Translations under genes and position numbers: made by a program
Notes under the pieces: model-generated
What the model was told of the DNA's origin: nothing
What the model saw: the letters and a program-made list of their open reading frames with translations, nothing else
Databases searched by the model: none
DNA from: Bdellovibrionales bacterium
Lineage (GTDB): Bacteria > Bdellovibrionota > Bdellovibrionia > Bdellovibrionales > UBA1609
Length of the DNA stretch: 64,000 bases
NCBI GenBank assembly: GCA_965199825.1
Contig: OZ241329.1
Coordinates: 2,112,001 to 2,176,000, forward strand
Direction: 5' to 3'
Shown: positions 47,375-56,961 of the stretch, piece after piece
How positions within the stretch are numbered: the first letter of the stretch is position 1
Layout: each line of letters starts with the position of its first letter

Positions 47375-49087
47375 ATGGAACGTCAAAAATTGAAACATAT
47401 CTCGGTTCTAACTTTTGTATTGCTCAGCACCTTGGCCTTTCAAAACTGCTCCAAGGTGGCCTTTGATACTCAGCCTGTTGCTGCCCTGAGTGCCACGCAA
47501 ACGGGTGGTGTGGATCAGGCTTGTGTGGAGCAAAGCGGGGTTTCTCACCCAGATGGATCAAAGTGGACTGAAGATAAAATCTCGGCTCAATCTTTAGCCT
47601 GTCCAGATGGAAGTTCTAAACAATCCAATCTCACCACTACGACCTCTTTTCTTTGTGTGAAAAGCAACATCATCACAACCGACTCAAGCACGCAATCCTC
47701 CGCTACAGCCACTTGCAACACCCCACCGAAATCTTGTGTGGATGCGACGGGTGTCACTCATAAGAGTGGTGAAACTTGGAAAACAACGTCCGATGTTGTG
47801 ACAAACAAACCCTGTGATCTTGATCCACAAGTGAATCAAAAAATAATCACCAATCATATTCAATCGTTTTTATGTACCAACGGAGTGCAAAGCCAAACCG
47901 CAAGTTCTGATTTGATCAACCAGGCCTCAAACTTATGCCCGGTGTGCCTAGATAAACCGGTTCAAGGATCAAGCCTTCCGCTTTGCAATCCAAGCTGCCA
48001 AGCCGCTGATGGATCAACCCATGCGAATAACACATCATGGACTGTTGTTACTCAGACTTCCAAAAAAGTGAGCTGCCCCAATAGTTCTGATTTAAATCAA
48101 AATTATTTAAATACACAAGTTTTGAATTGCTCAAATGGGCAAGTGGTTGATGGTGGCAGCACCTCGGTTGCAACTAGCCCAAATGCGGTTTGTCCTCAAG
48201 CCGGCTTAGTCGCAACGGTTGATTCGGCAAACCCAAAATTGGGAGCAACCGACAATCTCAATATTGTTTCTCAATCGGTAAGTGATATTTCTTACTCCTG
48301 CCGTGGGGCCGACAACTCGGTTGCTCAAGGAGCAGTCGCGATGGGAGCACAAAGTATTCCGTTAACGGTCAACAGCGACACTGTGTGTTCAGTCACTGCC
48401 ACCGGCGCCGATTCAAAAAATTTAAGCGCATCGGTTTCGATGAATGTGGATTGTGGCAATAAAATTAAAGACGGCGGCATTTGCGTTGATTTCGGATGTA
48501 AAGAAGTCCAGCAATTAGCTCTCCCGAGTGATGGTTCGACCCTTACAATTCCAGCTCGTTCAAACAAAGGCTATTGCTACTCGATAAAACTTTTGGATGC
48601 GATCGCAAATTCGGATTCGAAACTCACGTCTCAACACGACGATTCCATTCTATCACGCGATCATGACGGACCAAATGAACCTTCAAGAACATCGCATCCC
48701 TATTTGTTGGGTCGTAAAAATTTAAGTTTTATTGAGCTTGGTCCTCGGAATATCAAACTCGCAGGCGGCAACGATGCCCAAAGTCCAATTCTTGTGGACA
48801 ACTATGTGCTGGTTGGAATCGCGCCTCAAGGTGCAGCTGTGAACAATTCTTTTTATAAATCCTATGGAACCGCAGATGCGGTGATCACGCTTGCGGGAGA
48901 TGGCAATATCTTATTTGGTGGAATGCCACTTGGATTACAATCTTTTGGGCCTGGTGGGACAAGCACAGTGGCGCCCTTAGATATCACATCAAACGTCTCA
49001 GCAAACACCACCTATAATCTCGATTTTAGAGCCGAAGATTGCGGTGGAGTGCGTGAGTTATCGGATATCTACCTTCTGTTTCAATAA
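47375..49087 (+). CDS. 'FQNCS' surface lipoprotein with three Cys-rich repeats
   Basis: LAFQNCS; repeats CVEQSGVSHPDGSKW / CVDATGVTHKSGETW / CQAADGSTHANNTSW; Ser/Thr-rich; beta-rich C-terminal domain. Confidence 0.8.
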   Translation: MERQKLKHISVLTFVLLSTLAFQNCSKVAFDTQPVAALSATQTGGVDQACVEQSGVSHPDGSKWTEDKISAQSLACPDGSSKQSNLTTTTSFLCVKSNIITTDSSTQSSATATCNTPPKSCVDATGVTHKSGETWKTTSDVVTNKPCDLDPQVNQKIITNHIQSFLCTNGVQSQTASSDLINQASNLCPVCLDKPVQGSSLPLCNPSCQAADGSTHANNTSWTVVTQTSKKVSCPNSSDLNQNYLNTQVLNCSNGQVVDGGSTSVATSPNAVCPQAGLVATVDSANPKLGATDNLNIVSQSVSDISYSCRGADNSVAQGAVAMGAQSIPLTVNSDTVCSVTATGADSKNLSASVSMNVDCGNKIKDGGICVDFGCKEVQQLALPSDGSTLTIPARSNKGYCYSIKLLDAIANSDSKLTSQHDDSILSRDHDGPNEPSRTSHPYLLGRKNLSFIELGPRNIKLAGGNDAQSPILVDNYVLVGIAPQGAAVNNSFYKSYGTADAVITLAGDGNILFGGMPLGLQSFGPGGTSTVAPLDITSNVSANTTYNLDFRAEDCGGVRELSDIYLLFQ

Positions 49088-49101
49088 TTAGAAACTTTGT
49101 A

Positions 49102-49130
49102 CTCACGCCAAACAAACCGTGCGGCGTGAG
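49102..49130. terminator. GC-rich stem-loop after the lipoprotein gene
   Basis: CTCACGCC/GGCGTGAG 8-bp stem; no clear U-tract. Confidence 0.4.
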
Positions 49131-49365
49131 CGATGGTAATAGAGCGTCTAGAAAACATTTGGGTTAGAACCCATCACAAATGCACCTCTGATCGCACTTC
49201 AAGCCTACAACTTCAAAATAAATCTATTTTTCAAACCCATCTTATCAGAATCAGCCAGAATGACTCACCTCTAAACTTAGTCTTTTGTCTCGCTTTGTTC
49301 GACTTTCACCAATAAACAAGATGTGATCAAAATTAAAGTTAGATTTTAAATTGGGGAGATCGGGT

Positions 49366-52300
49366 GTGAACACTTCGGTGAACGAAATATTTGAAGAGAT
49401 CAAAGGACATTTTGAAATCGTTCCGCCCTTTTTTAAATCAGCCGAAAAGAGCCCACTGGTTTTAAGAAATTTATGGAATCAAACTCTCTATTCCTATCTT
49501 CAAAATCCAATTCCGAAACTTTTTAAAGAAAAACTGTCCGCCTCAATCGCCCGATTTTGCAAGGTGCCTTACTGTTTGGTTTGTCACTCCTCGACGCTTA
49601 AGGCGTTGGGCATGTCGGGCGAGCAGATTTTTAATTTTTTGCAAGAGCCGCCGCTCCAGTTTGAGCGGATGCAAAAAGATATTGAAAACTTATTTCATCA
49701 TCCGCAACTGACGAGTTGGCCAGAGAGTGATCCGAATCTTGAGGAGGCAATTTTATTTTGTAGTCTCACCATTTATTTGGATCACGACACCGAGGACTGC
49801 AAACAGGTTTTAAAATCAATTTTGCCACCCGAACTTTTTGATTCCCTGCTGTTATTGATCGCCTATAACCGCACCTGCGTTTTGTGGTCTGAAGCGCATC
49901 CTGAACTTAATTTTAACGACGATCAGCGAGTCAAAGTGAATCTCGCTTCACTTCTTAAAGAAGAGCCTCGCTTAGAAATGCTTTTTAAAAATTCAAGTGA
50001 GCAAATGGGCGATCATGCCAAACTTAAAGCCTATCGCCTTACAAAAGAAAATAAATCTTTAATCGCAAGCGAAACCGAATTGCGAAACCTTGCGAAAAAA
50101 AACGCCTGTTTGGTGCAAAGTCTTTTAAATTCGACAACCGAAGGGATCTGGGGGGTGGGTCGAGACGGATTGATCACATTCGTTAACCCCTCCGGAGTTA
50201 AATTATTTGGTTACTCCTCTGATCAAGAGATGATCGGGAAAAATTCGCATGAACTTGTGCACTATAAAAAAGCGGATGGAAGTCATTTTTCGGCAGGTGA
50301 GTGTCCGATAGTTGAGGCGTTAAAAAAAGGACGTTCTCATCACAGCGAAGATGAAATCATGTGGCGACGAGACGGCTCGGCTTTTTTTGCCACCTACAAT
50401 TTAACCCCAGTGATTGAGAATAACCAAATTACCGGAGCTGTGATTACTTTTACCGACACCACCGATCGCAAGCGAGTTTTAGAAGAACTCAAAATAAACA
50501 AAGAATGGTTAGATGCAACATTACACGGAATTGGTGATGCGGTGATTGCCACCGATGTTTCAAAGATTCCAAAGATCACATTTTTAAATGGTATTGCAGA
50601 ACAATTAACCGGTTGGTCGCTCAAGGAAGCTCGTGGACGTTCTATTGATGAGGTCTTTCATATCATCAACGATATCACCCGCAATAAAGCGGTCAGTCCA
50701 ATCCAAAACGTTTTGAGCACTGGGGAAATTCAAGCTCTCGCCAATCACACTTCGCTGATTTCCAAATCAGGAAAAGAATATTTGATCGAAGACAGTGCCT
50801 CGCCCATTAAGAATTACAAGGGAGAAGTCGAAGGCGTTGTGTTGGTGTTTCGTGACGTCACTCAACAAAAAATGTTAGAGCGCGAAACACTCGAAGCCAA
50901 TTTACGCGTAAAGGCGTCACAAGAAGAGCTTGAGGCTTTTTTTATGCAAGCACCCAGTCCCATGGTCATTCTTGAAGGACCCGATCACCGGGTGACTCTC
51001 GCCAATCCCCCATATGAAAGATTGTCGGGCCGAAAGGTTGTGGGCAAAACTATGCGGGAGGCCTTTACCAAGGGCGAAGCCGACACATTTATTCCGATCC
51101 TAGACGAAGTGTACAAAAGCGGGATTGCTTTTGTTGGCCAAGAGATGCCGATTGAACTTCGTGATGAGGCAGGCCAAGAGCATCACTACTGGGTCGACAT
51201 CAGCTATCATCCCTTTCGCGATCCCAAAGGAAAAGTTAAGGGCGTACTTGCGCTCATTCATGATGTGACCGCTTCGGCACTTTCGCGCCGCAAAGTCGAA
51301 AAGAGCGAAAATCGCTTAAAGATTGAGCGCGCAAAACTTGAGGCCATTTTTTATGGTGCCGATACTCCGATGGTTTTATTTCGTGGACCCGAGCTCGTAT
51401 ATGAAATGGCAAACAATAAATATTTAGATCTGATTGGCCAAAAAGATATTATTGGCAAAAAGATTATGGATGCTCGCCCCGAAATTGCCCAAGGGGACTT
51501 TGTCAAAATTCTTTATGAGGTTTATCGCACCGGAAAATCGGCTTATGTGACCGAAGGCCATTCGCCCATCCGCAATCTTAAAACAGGAATTATTGAGCAC
51601 CGTTATTTCGATACAACTTTTACCAGAGTCTGTGATGATCCAACAAAACCCTATTTAATTGTTGCCCATACCATGGAGGCCACTGCGCGGGTACGTGACC
51701 GCATGTTGCTTGAGACCGCAAAAAAAGAAGCCGATCACGCCAATCAAACCAAATCTTCTTTTTTGGCAAATATGTCGCATGAAATCAGAACTCCTCTTGG
51801 GGCAATCATCGGTTTTACCGAAATGTTGCGCGATGATAAAATTAGTCCGGAAGAACGAAAGCGTTTTACCGACGTGATCAGTAGAAATGCCAAATCTTTA
51901 ACCCGCGTGATCGATGACATCCTTGACCTTTCAAAAGTCGAAGCGGGCAGACTTGATATAGAGCTCTCTTTGTTTAGTTTGCGCGAGGTCTTGCAAGATG
52001 TGATTGCTCTGTTTATCGACCGTGCACGAACAATCGGAATTGGACTCTACCTCAACATCGCTCCTGATTTGCCCGAAAAGATTCAGAGCGATCCGGTCCG
52101 TTTGCGCCAGATATTTATCAATATCATTGGCAATGCGATCAAGTTTACCGAAAAAGGGGCAGTCACGGTGAGCGTCGAGATGCAGTCAAGCGGCCAAAAC
52201 GAAAAATTATTTTTTGTTCGTGTCAAAGACACCGGCCGCGGCCTCACCCTCGAGCAACAATCAAAATTGTTTAAGCCATTTAGTCAGGCCGATAGCACCA

Positions 52301-52893
52301 CCACGCGCGAGTATGGAGGTACAGGATTAGGTCTTGTTCTCTCACGGCGTCTTGCCAACGCCTTGGGTGGGACCGTGGCGATTTCAGATTCGGTTTTAGG
52401 CAACGGGTGCACCTTTGTGATTTCATTTAAGGCAGGCCTTGCTCCAACACTCTTAAGTAGTTCTGATGTTGATAGCAACTTGTCGGCTGATGGAAATTTA
52501 TTAAATGATATGCGAATATTGTTGGTGGAAGATTCACCTGACAATCAAATGTTGATCCGGAGAATTTTGGTGCGCAACGGAGCAAATGTGGCCATGGCCG
52601 ACAATGGCTCGCAAGGTGTCCATCGCGCGCTTGAAAGCGAATTTGATATTGTTTTGATGGATATTCAGATGCCGATGATGGACGGCTACACCGCAATCAA
52701 AAAACTGCGCGAAAAGAACTATCCTGTCCCGATTATCGCACTGACCGCCCATGCGATGGAAGAAGAACGCCGCAAAACCAAAGCCGCAGGCTTTTCGGCC
52801 CACGTGACAAAGCCGATTGAGTTTTCGGAATTGATCGACACCATCCTTCAAGTTGTTGGACGAAGGGGAGTGCGTGGTGAGGCTTCGCTTTGA
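49366..52893 (+). CDS. cytoplasmic multi-PAS hybrid histidine kinase with an AhpD-like N-terminal domain
   Basis: N-terminal FKEKL...CKVPYCLVCH, four PAS domains, SHEIRTPL, GGTGLGL, receiver MDIQMP; GTG 49366 after SD GGGGAG. Confidence 0.88.
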   Translation: MNTSVNEIFEEIKGHFEIVPPFFKSAEKSPLVLRNLWNQTLYSYLQNPIPKLFKEKLSASIARFCKVPYCLVCHSSTLKALGMSGEQIFNFLQEPPLQFERMQKDIENLFHHPQLTSWPESDPNLEEAILFCSLTIYLDHDTEDCKQVLKSILPPELFDSLLLLIAYNRTCVLWSEAHPELNFNDDQRVKVNLASLLKEEPRLEMLFKNSSEQMGDHAKLKAYRLTKENKSLIASETELRNLAKKNACLVQSLLNSTTEGIWGVGRDGLITFVNPSGVKLFGYSSDQEMIGKNSHELVHYKKADGSHFSAGECPIVEALKKGRSHHSEDEIMWRRDGSAFFATYNLTPVIENNQITGAVITFTDTTDRKRVLEELKINKEWLDATLHGIGDAVIATDVSKIPKITFLNGIAEQLTGWSLKEARGRSIDEVFHIINDITRNKAVSPIQNVLSTGEIQALANHTSLISKSGKEYLIEDSASPIKNYKGEVEGVVLVFRDVTQQKMLERETLEANLRVKASQEELEAFFMQAPSPMVILEGPDHRVTLANPPYERLSGRKVVGKTMREAFTKGEADTFIPILDEVYKSGIAFVGQEMPIELRDEAGQEHHYWVDISYHPFRDPKGKVKGVLALIHDVTASALSRRKVEKSENRLKIERAKLEAIFYGADTPMVLFRGPELVYEMANNKYLDLIGQKDIIGKKIMDARPEIAQGDFVKILYEVYRTGKSAYVTEGHSPIRNLKTGIIEHRYFDTTFTRVCDDPTKPYLIVAHTMEATARVRDRMLLETAKKEADHANQTKSSFLANMSHEIRTPLGAIIGFTEMLRDDKISPEERKRFTDVISRNAKSLTRVIDDILDLSKVEAGRLDIELSLFSLREVLQDVIALFIDRARTIGIGLYLNIAPDLPEKIQSDPVRLRQIFINIIGNAIKFTEKGAVTVSVEMQSSGQNEKLFFVRVKDTGRGLTLEQQSKLFKPFSQADSTTTREYGGTGLGLVLSRRLANALGGTVAISDSVLGNGCTFVISFKAGLAPTLLSSSDVDSNLSADGNLLNDMRILLVEDSPDNQMLIRRILVRNGANVAMADNGSQGVHRALESEFDIVLMDIQMPMMDGYTAIKKLREKNYPVPIIALTAHAMEEERRKTKAAGFSAHVTKPIEFSELIDTILQVVGRRGVRGEASL

Positions 52894-53000
52894 TAAGAGA
52901 TGCGGCTGTGTGAGGCACCGGTCTACCAGACTTTTACAGTAAGGTGATTCAATTGAGCTTGAAATTACAAGGTAAATAAAATTAGTAGTTTTGATTTGAG

Positions 53001-53534
53001 CTAGCTCTTTGTTCTTGTGTTCCAAAAAGCTTTGCTATTTTTTTCGAAATGCATGCGGGCCTTTCGACCAAATAGGGCTTCAACGCAGTTTGCATCAAGA
53101 TAATCAAACATGCGAACTTCGTCTAAACCGGTACTAACCACCCGTGAGAAAACAATTCCATCCCAGAATTTGCCAAATTTATTTCCTCGTTGTGCACCCG
53201 TTATGATTCGCGCAATCATTCCAGCAATGACTTTAAAAAAAGTTTTAACGAGTTCTCTATCTTGAAATCGAAGGAGCAGATGAAAGTGATTACCCACATT
53301 ACTCAGTTTCGCAATTCGAACCCCATATCGCTTGGCTTTTGAAAAAATCAAATCTTTTAACACGATCTGATGCTTGTTATTTTTAAAGCTCATCGCACCT
53401 GTAGCGTGTCGTGATTTGAGTATCACATGATGAAGTCGTTTTTTATCAAGCGGACGGGTTATTTTTCGTTTCGCTTTAACAATTCCACCATAACTTTTAC
53501 GATTTGAAAGTTGAAATAAGGGCATCTGTTTCAT
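53001..53534 (-). mobile_element. HUH Y1 tyrosine transposase, RAYT-like, copy 2
   Basis: HVILKS, GNHFH, KFWD...SR, YLDAN; shares the MKQ..F..GG..K..RPLD.K N-terminus with copy 1. Confidence 0.8.
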
Positions 53535-53540
53535 GTATAT

Positions 53541-53569
53541 AAATTATATTTATAAGATCTAAGAGTCAA
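53541..53569 (-). promoter_or_regulatory. sigma70-type promoter of RAYT-like gene 2, predicted leaderless
   Basis: TTGACT(53569-64)-N17-TAATTT(53546-41)-N6-ATG(53534); an overlapping TATAAT lies at 53548-43. Confidence 0.65.
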
Positions 53570-53603
53570 CGAGATTGGCAACAAATTTTGTAAAAAAAAA
53601 GTG

Positions 53604-53998
53604 TTTCGGGGCAATGTCATTTTTGAAATTTGGATTAAGTTTTATTTGGATCGACGCCAGAAAGATCGGAAATAAATGTCGGATGTACTTCGTTATTGTT
53701 ATTAAGTTGTGTAAGTTTTTGTAGAAAATCATTCGGTTGAGCTCACCGAATGTTTCTTTATTTATTCAAAAAATTTGTTACAACAATCACAAATCGATTT
53801 GGGGCAGTGTCATTTTTGAATTTGGATTCGGTTTATGTCGACCAACTCCGGTGATAAATTTGAGATCAGGCAAAAATTTTGGACTTATTTCGTTGTAGTG
53901 ATTCAGCTGACCTCACCGAAGATTTCAATAATGACAAAAAAAAATTGTCACCGTGACAAATCGCTTCGGGCCAGTGTCAATTTTTAACATTTTGGATT
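53604..53998. repeat. three direct copies of a ~32-bp REP-like motif inside ~170-190-bp degenerate tandem units
   Basis: TTCGGGGCARTGTCATTTTTGAAWTTTGGATT-like at 53604, 53798, 53965; shared internal CTCACCGAA and ACAAATCG blocks. Confidence 0.8.
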
Positions 53999-54166
53999 CA
54001 CAAAAGGACTGTCGTTTTTAACAAGAATTGAGTTTGTTGTGCGCGATCAATGAGGAACTCTTCAAAAAGTGTTCCCCTAAAACAAGAATCGGGCTGGGCT
54101 TGCAAGGCCAATGAGAAACCCTTCAAACACGAGGTTCGAAGCGTCCTCTCAGATCAAAATCCCAAC

Positions 54167-55360
54167 TTAAATAAAATCAAGAAGTCCATTAATCAAAGGT
54201 TGGATCACAGATAAAGTGATCGCATAAAATCCGCCAAGTCCACCCGCCACAAATAAGATTCCGTTTTCATAGCGAACAGTGTTTGCGGAATAAAGCTGTG
54301 AGGGAAGTTGGATAGATCCAATAAACGTGAGGGTCACTCCAGTGCAGCTGCTTGCGGTGCTCGAGTTGCGAAGCATCTGATAAACATAAACACCGGCTTG
54401 ACCGTTAGCCACAAATAGGAGCCCAGGTCCGGCAGCAACACCGTTGGTGACAGTTAAGCTTGGGTCTATGCCAGTGACAGTCTGCCGCGGAAGGGAAGCC
54501 AAAATTTGTTGATCGGCCTTACAAACAATAGCCGCACCCGCATCACCGCGGCTCACCGCAACCATGGTTTTTCCGGCTTGGACCGATGACTTGGATTCAG
54601 CAATCGTATTGCCGCCGACGTTAATGGTGTGAGCGATGGTATTCGAAGTTGAAATCTCATACAGATTTCCGCCGCCTGCAACCACATACAAATTTCCTTG
54701 GCCTGGATAAAAGCTCAAGCCCCTTGCGTCGGCGATGTTGAGGCTTGCAGTTTGTGCCAGTGTCGACGGATTTAAAACACTTAATCCCTGAGTGGTGCTT
54801 GTACCATTTGCTCCAGATAAAACATAAAGAGAATTATTCCAATAGGTGATCGCAGTGCCGGCATAGGTGTTGAGTAAGCTGGTTTGTGTGGGTTGAGATG
54901 ACCCAAATAAAGATAAACTTAATGTGTTTAATACCGCTGGCCAGCCGCTTGAGGTTGAGGACGTGGTGGATCCAACAGAATAGACGGTTGATCCGTAGGC
55001 ATGAACGCCATTGACGGTAGTTGTGGCAAACGTTGTTGATGCGAGTCGTATGGGTAGTGCGGGCACAAGAGTGCTGATTTGATCAATCCCTCCCATATGA
55101 ACCGCACCTGGAATATTATACGAAACATATGCCACACCCGGAGCCATAAAAATATCATCGGCCGCGAGAGTTGTTGAATTGACCTGCGGAGGTACAATTG
55201 TGGCTGCAAATGTGAGTAAAAAATTTGAGGCAAACGTGGATCCGAGGGACACCACTTTATTTTCCCAAATCACTCGTGCATCACCAGAACCACCGGTTGA
55301 TCCGTTACTGCAACCAACACTTACAAATAGAACGCTCAAAAAAACCAACAGCCGAATCAT
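54167..55360 (-). CDS. lipoprotein, beta-propeller-like (LVIVD-type repeats)
   Basis: Lipobox SVGC; repeated (L)YV(A/L).G..G blades. Confidence 0.65.
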   Translation of the reverse strand: MIRLLVFLSVLFVSVGCSNGSTGGSGDARVIWENKVVSLGSTFASNFLLTFAATIVPPQVNSTTLAADDIFMAPGVAYVSYNIPGAVHMGGIDQISTLVPALPIRLASTTFATTTVNGVHAYGSTVYSVGSTTSSTSSGWPAVLNTLSLSLFGSSQPTQTSLLNTYAGTAITYWNNSLYVLSGANGTSTTQGLSVLNPSTLAQTASLNIADARGLSFYPGQGNLYVVAGGGNLYEISTSNTIAHTINVGGNTIAESKSSVQAGKTMVAVSRGDAGAAIVCKADQQILASLPRQTVTGIDPSLTVTNGVAAGPGLLFVANGQAGVYVYQMLRNSSTASSCTGVTLTFIGSIQLPSQLYSANTVRYENGILFVAGGLGGFYAITLSVIQPLINGLLDFI

Positions 55361-55737
55361 TTAGAACCTCGAAGGTGAGAAGTGGCATTGAGATAAGAAT
55401 CTAATTTTAAGTTGAGATTTTTTTGTTCGGAAGAACAAGCTTCAAAGTTGGCACTTTCGGCTAGTTCTTCTAAAATCTGACAAATTCCTGCGAGCTGTTG
55501 ACCGCCCAATGCCGCCGCACTCGACTTAAGTGAATGGTAAGCTCGTTCAAGCCGCTTTTTGTCGAGGTTTTTGAGGCTGACCTCAATTTCCGACCTTATT
55601 TGGACCGCAGTCTCAGCAAATTGCTCGGCGAGACTGGTGATAAGTCCGGGCTCGGTCTCACGCTCAAGTTCGAGGAGCTCGCTCAGATCGTCATTTCTAA
55701 ATACGGGTAGATTTTCGATTTCTAGTGTTGTTGCCAT
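55357..55737 (-). CDS. stand-alone Hpt phosphotransfer protein
   Basis: AYHSLKSSAAALGG..L..IC..LE. Confidence 0.88.
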   Translation of the reverse strand: MATTLEIENLPVFRNDDLSELLELERETEPGLITSLAEQFAETAVQIRSEIEVSLKNLDKKRLERAYHSLKSSAAALGGQQLAGICQILEELAESANFEACSSEQKNLNLKLDSYLNATSHLRGSK

Positions 55738-55744
55738 ATTAGAC

Positions 55745-55771
55745 TTTTCGGTCGTCTTTTATAGGCCTTTA
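55745..55771 (-). promoter_or_regulatory. sigma28 (FliA)-type promoter, predicted leaderless
   Basis: TAAA-N15-ACCGAAAA-N7-ATG(55737). Confidence 0.65.
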
Positions 55772-55840
55772 GTCTCGCATTTGATCACGTGTTCTAAATT
55801 GAAACACTTTAGAGCACTTTGCAATGTTCCGAAGCAGATA

Positions 55841-56239
55841 ATGATGGCACAACAAGGGGTTAGCACAAACTTATCAGAAAATCTTATTGTCCTCGTTGAG
55901 GACGGTAAAGATCATTCGCGCATCCTTATGGCTGTCCTCAAAAAGCATGGCTATCAAATGCTGCTGTTTGAAACTGGCTTTGATGCCTATGAGTATCTCT
56001 CCAAAAATCCATCTCCCGATCTGTTAATCACCGATATTTTAATGCCCGGAATGTCGGGCTTTGAATTGTTGGATCGACTCCGAAGCGAAGGCCGTATGCC
56101 GCCGACTTTAGTACTCACGAGTAAACAGCGTGAAGAGGATGTCTTAAGAGGGCTTGAGCTTGGAATCATCGATTACATCAAAAAGCCGTTTAGCCCTTCG
56201 GTAATTTTACTCAAAGTGAACAATGCTCTAAAAAAGTAG
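55841..56239 (+). CDS. single-domain response regulator
   Basis: LVED, TDILMPGMSG, LTS, YIKKPF; likely start ATG 55841 or 55844. Confidence 0.88.
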   Translation: MMAQQGVSTNLSENLIVLVEDGKDHSRILMAVLKKHGYQMLLFETGFDAYEYLSKNPSPDLLITDILMPGMSGFELLDRLRSEGRMPPTLVLTSKQREEDVLRGLELGIIDYIKKPFSPSVILLKVNNALKK

Positions 56240-56250
56240 GCCGCATAATA

Positions 56251-56961
56251 ATGGTTTTTTTGTTTAGTTTATTTTTATCGCAGAGTTTTGGATTACGTGT
56301 GGACACTTCAGCCCTTCAAAGCCAATCGCCAACTTATCAAGGCCAATTGTACTCGGCGAATGTGAGTGGAATTATTGATGACAACAAAACGAGTTTAAAC
56401 GGTGGACTGAGATATCTCACCCGCACTTATTCTGGCAATACCAATGTTCACGATTTGGCCTATGACCTTGGGACTACATTTAATGTTGGTAATGGAAAAT
56501 ACATGGAAGTCTCAGGCTCGCTCGTTTCAAACGCGGTGATCTTGCCGGCACAATCGATCACCCTTGGCCCGCGTTGGGCTTTTGGTCGAAACGATGTGGG
56601 CATCAGTTTTAATTATTCGCACTACGCAAAATTATCGGCGGCAACCCTTCATCCCGGTTACATCTACAACCTCTCAAAGCACTGGCTTTTTGGAACAGGC
56701 GTGTTTGTCACTCGGACAGGTTCAAATCTTTTAGCAGCAAATGGCTTTGTGCATTATCAACCCTTTCGATCCCAATCCTTTCGAATTGATGGGGCGGGTG
56801 GACGCACCCTTGAAGATGCCGGAGTTGAAGCCCAATTCAATAGCTACAGTGCGACCTATGGTTATCACTTTAAACACATCAGCGTGTTAGGAACTTTTGG
56901 TCAATATTGGAGTCAGATCCGAACCGAAAACAGTTATATGTTGAGGCTCGTTTTTAAATGA
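56251..56961 (+). CDS. outer-membrane beta-barrel, YaiO-like
   Basis: Signal peptide, amphipathic strands, terminal aromatic strand; context with HEAT and GT2 genes. Confidence 0.6.
   Translation: MVFLFSLFLSQSFGLRVDTSALQSQSPTYQGQLYSANVSGIIDDNKTSLNGGLRYLTRTYSGNTNVHDLAYDLGTTFNVGNGKYMEVSGSLVSNAVILPAQSITLGPRWAFGRNDVGISFNYSHYAKLSAATLHPGYIYNLSKHWLFGTGVFVTRTGSNLLAANGFVHYQPFRSQSFRIDGAGGRTLEDAGVEAQFNSYSATYGYHFKHISVLGTFGQYWSQIRTENSYMLRLVFK

Noticed and set aside
49366..49600. c-type cytochrome call from CLVCH in the kinase
   Set aside because: No export signal, so heme c attachment is unlikely; the context fits an AhpD-like motif
53604..53998. CRISPR array or protein-coding repeat
   Set aside because: Spacing of 167-193 bp with homologous intervening DNA; no ORF of 60 aa or more in the track
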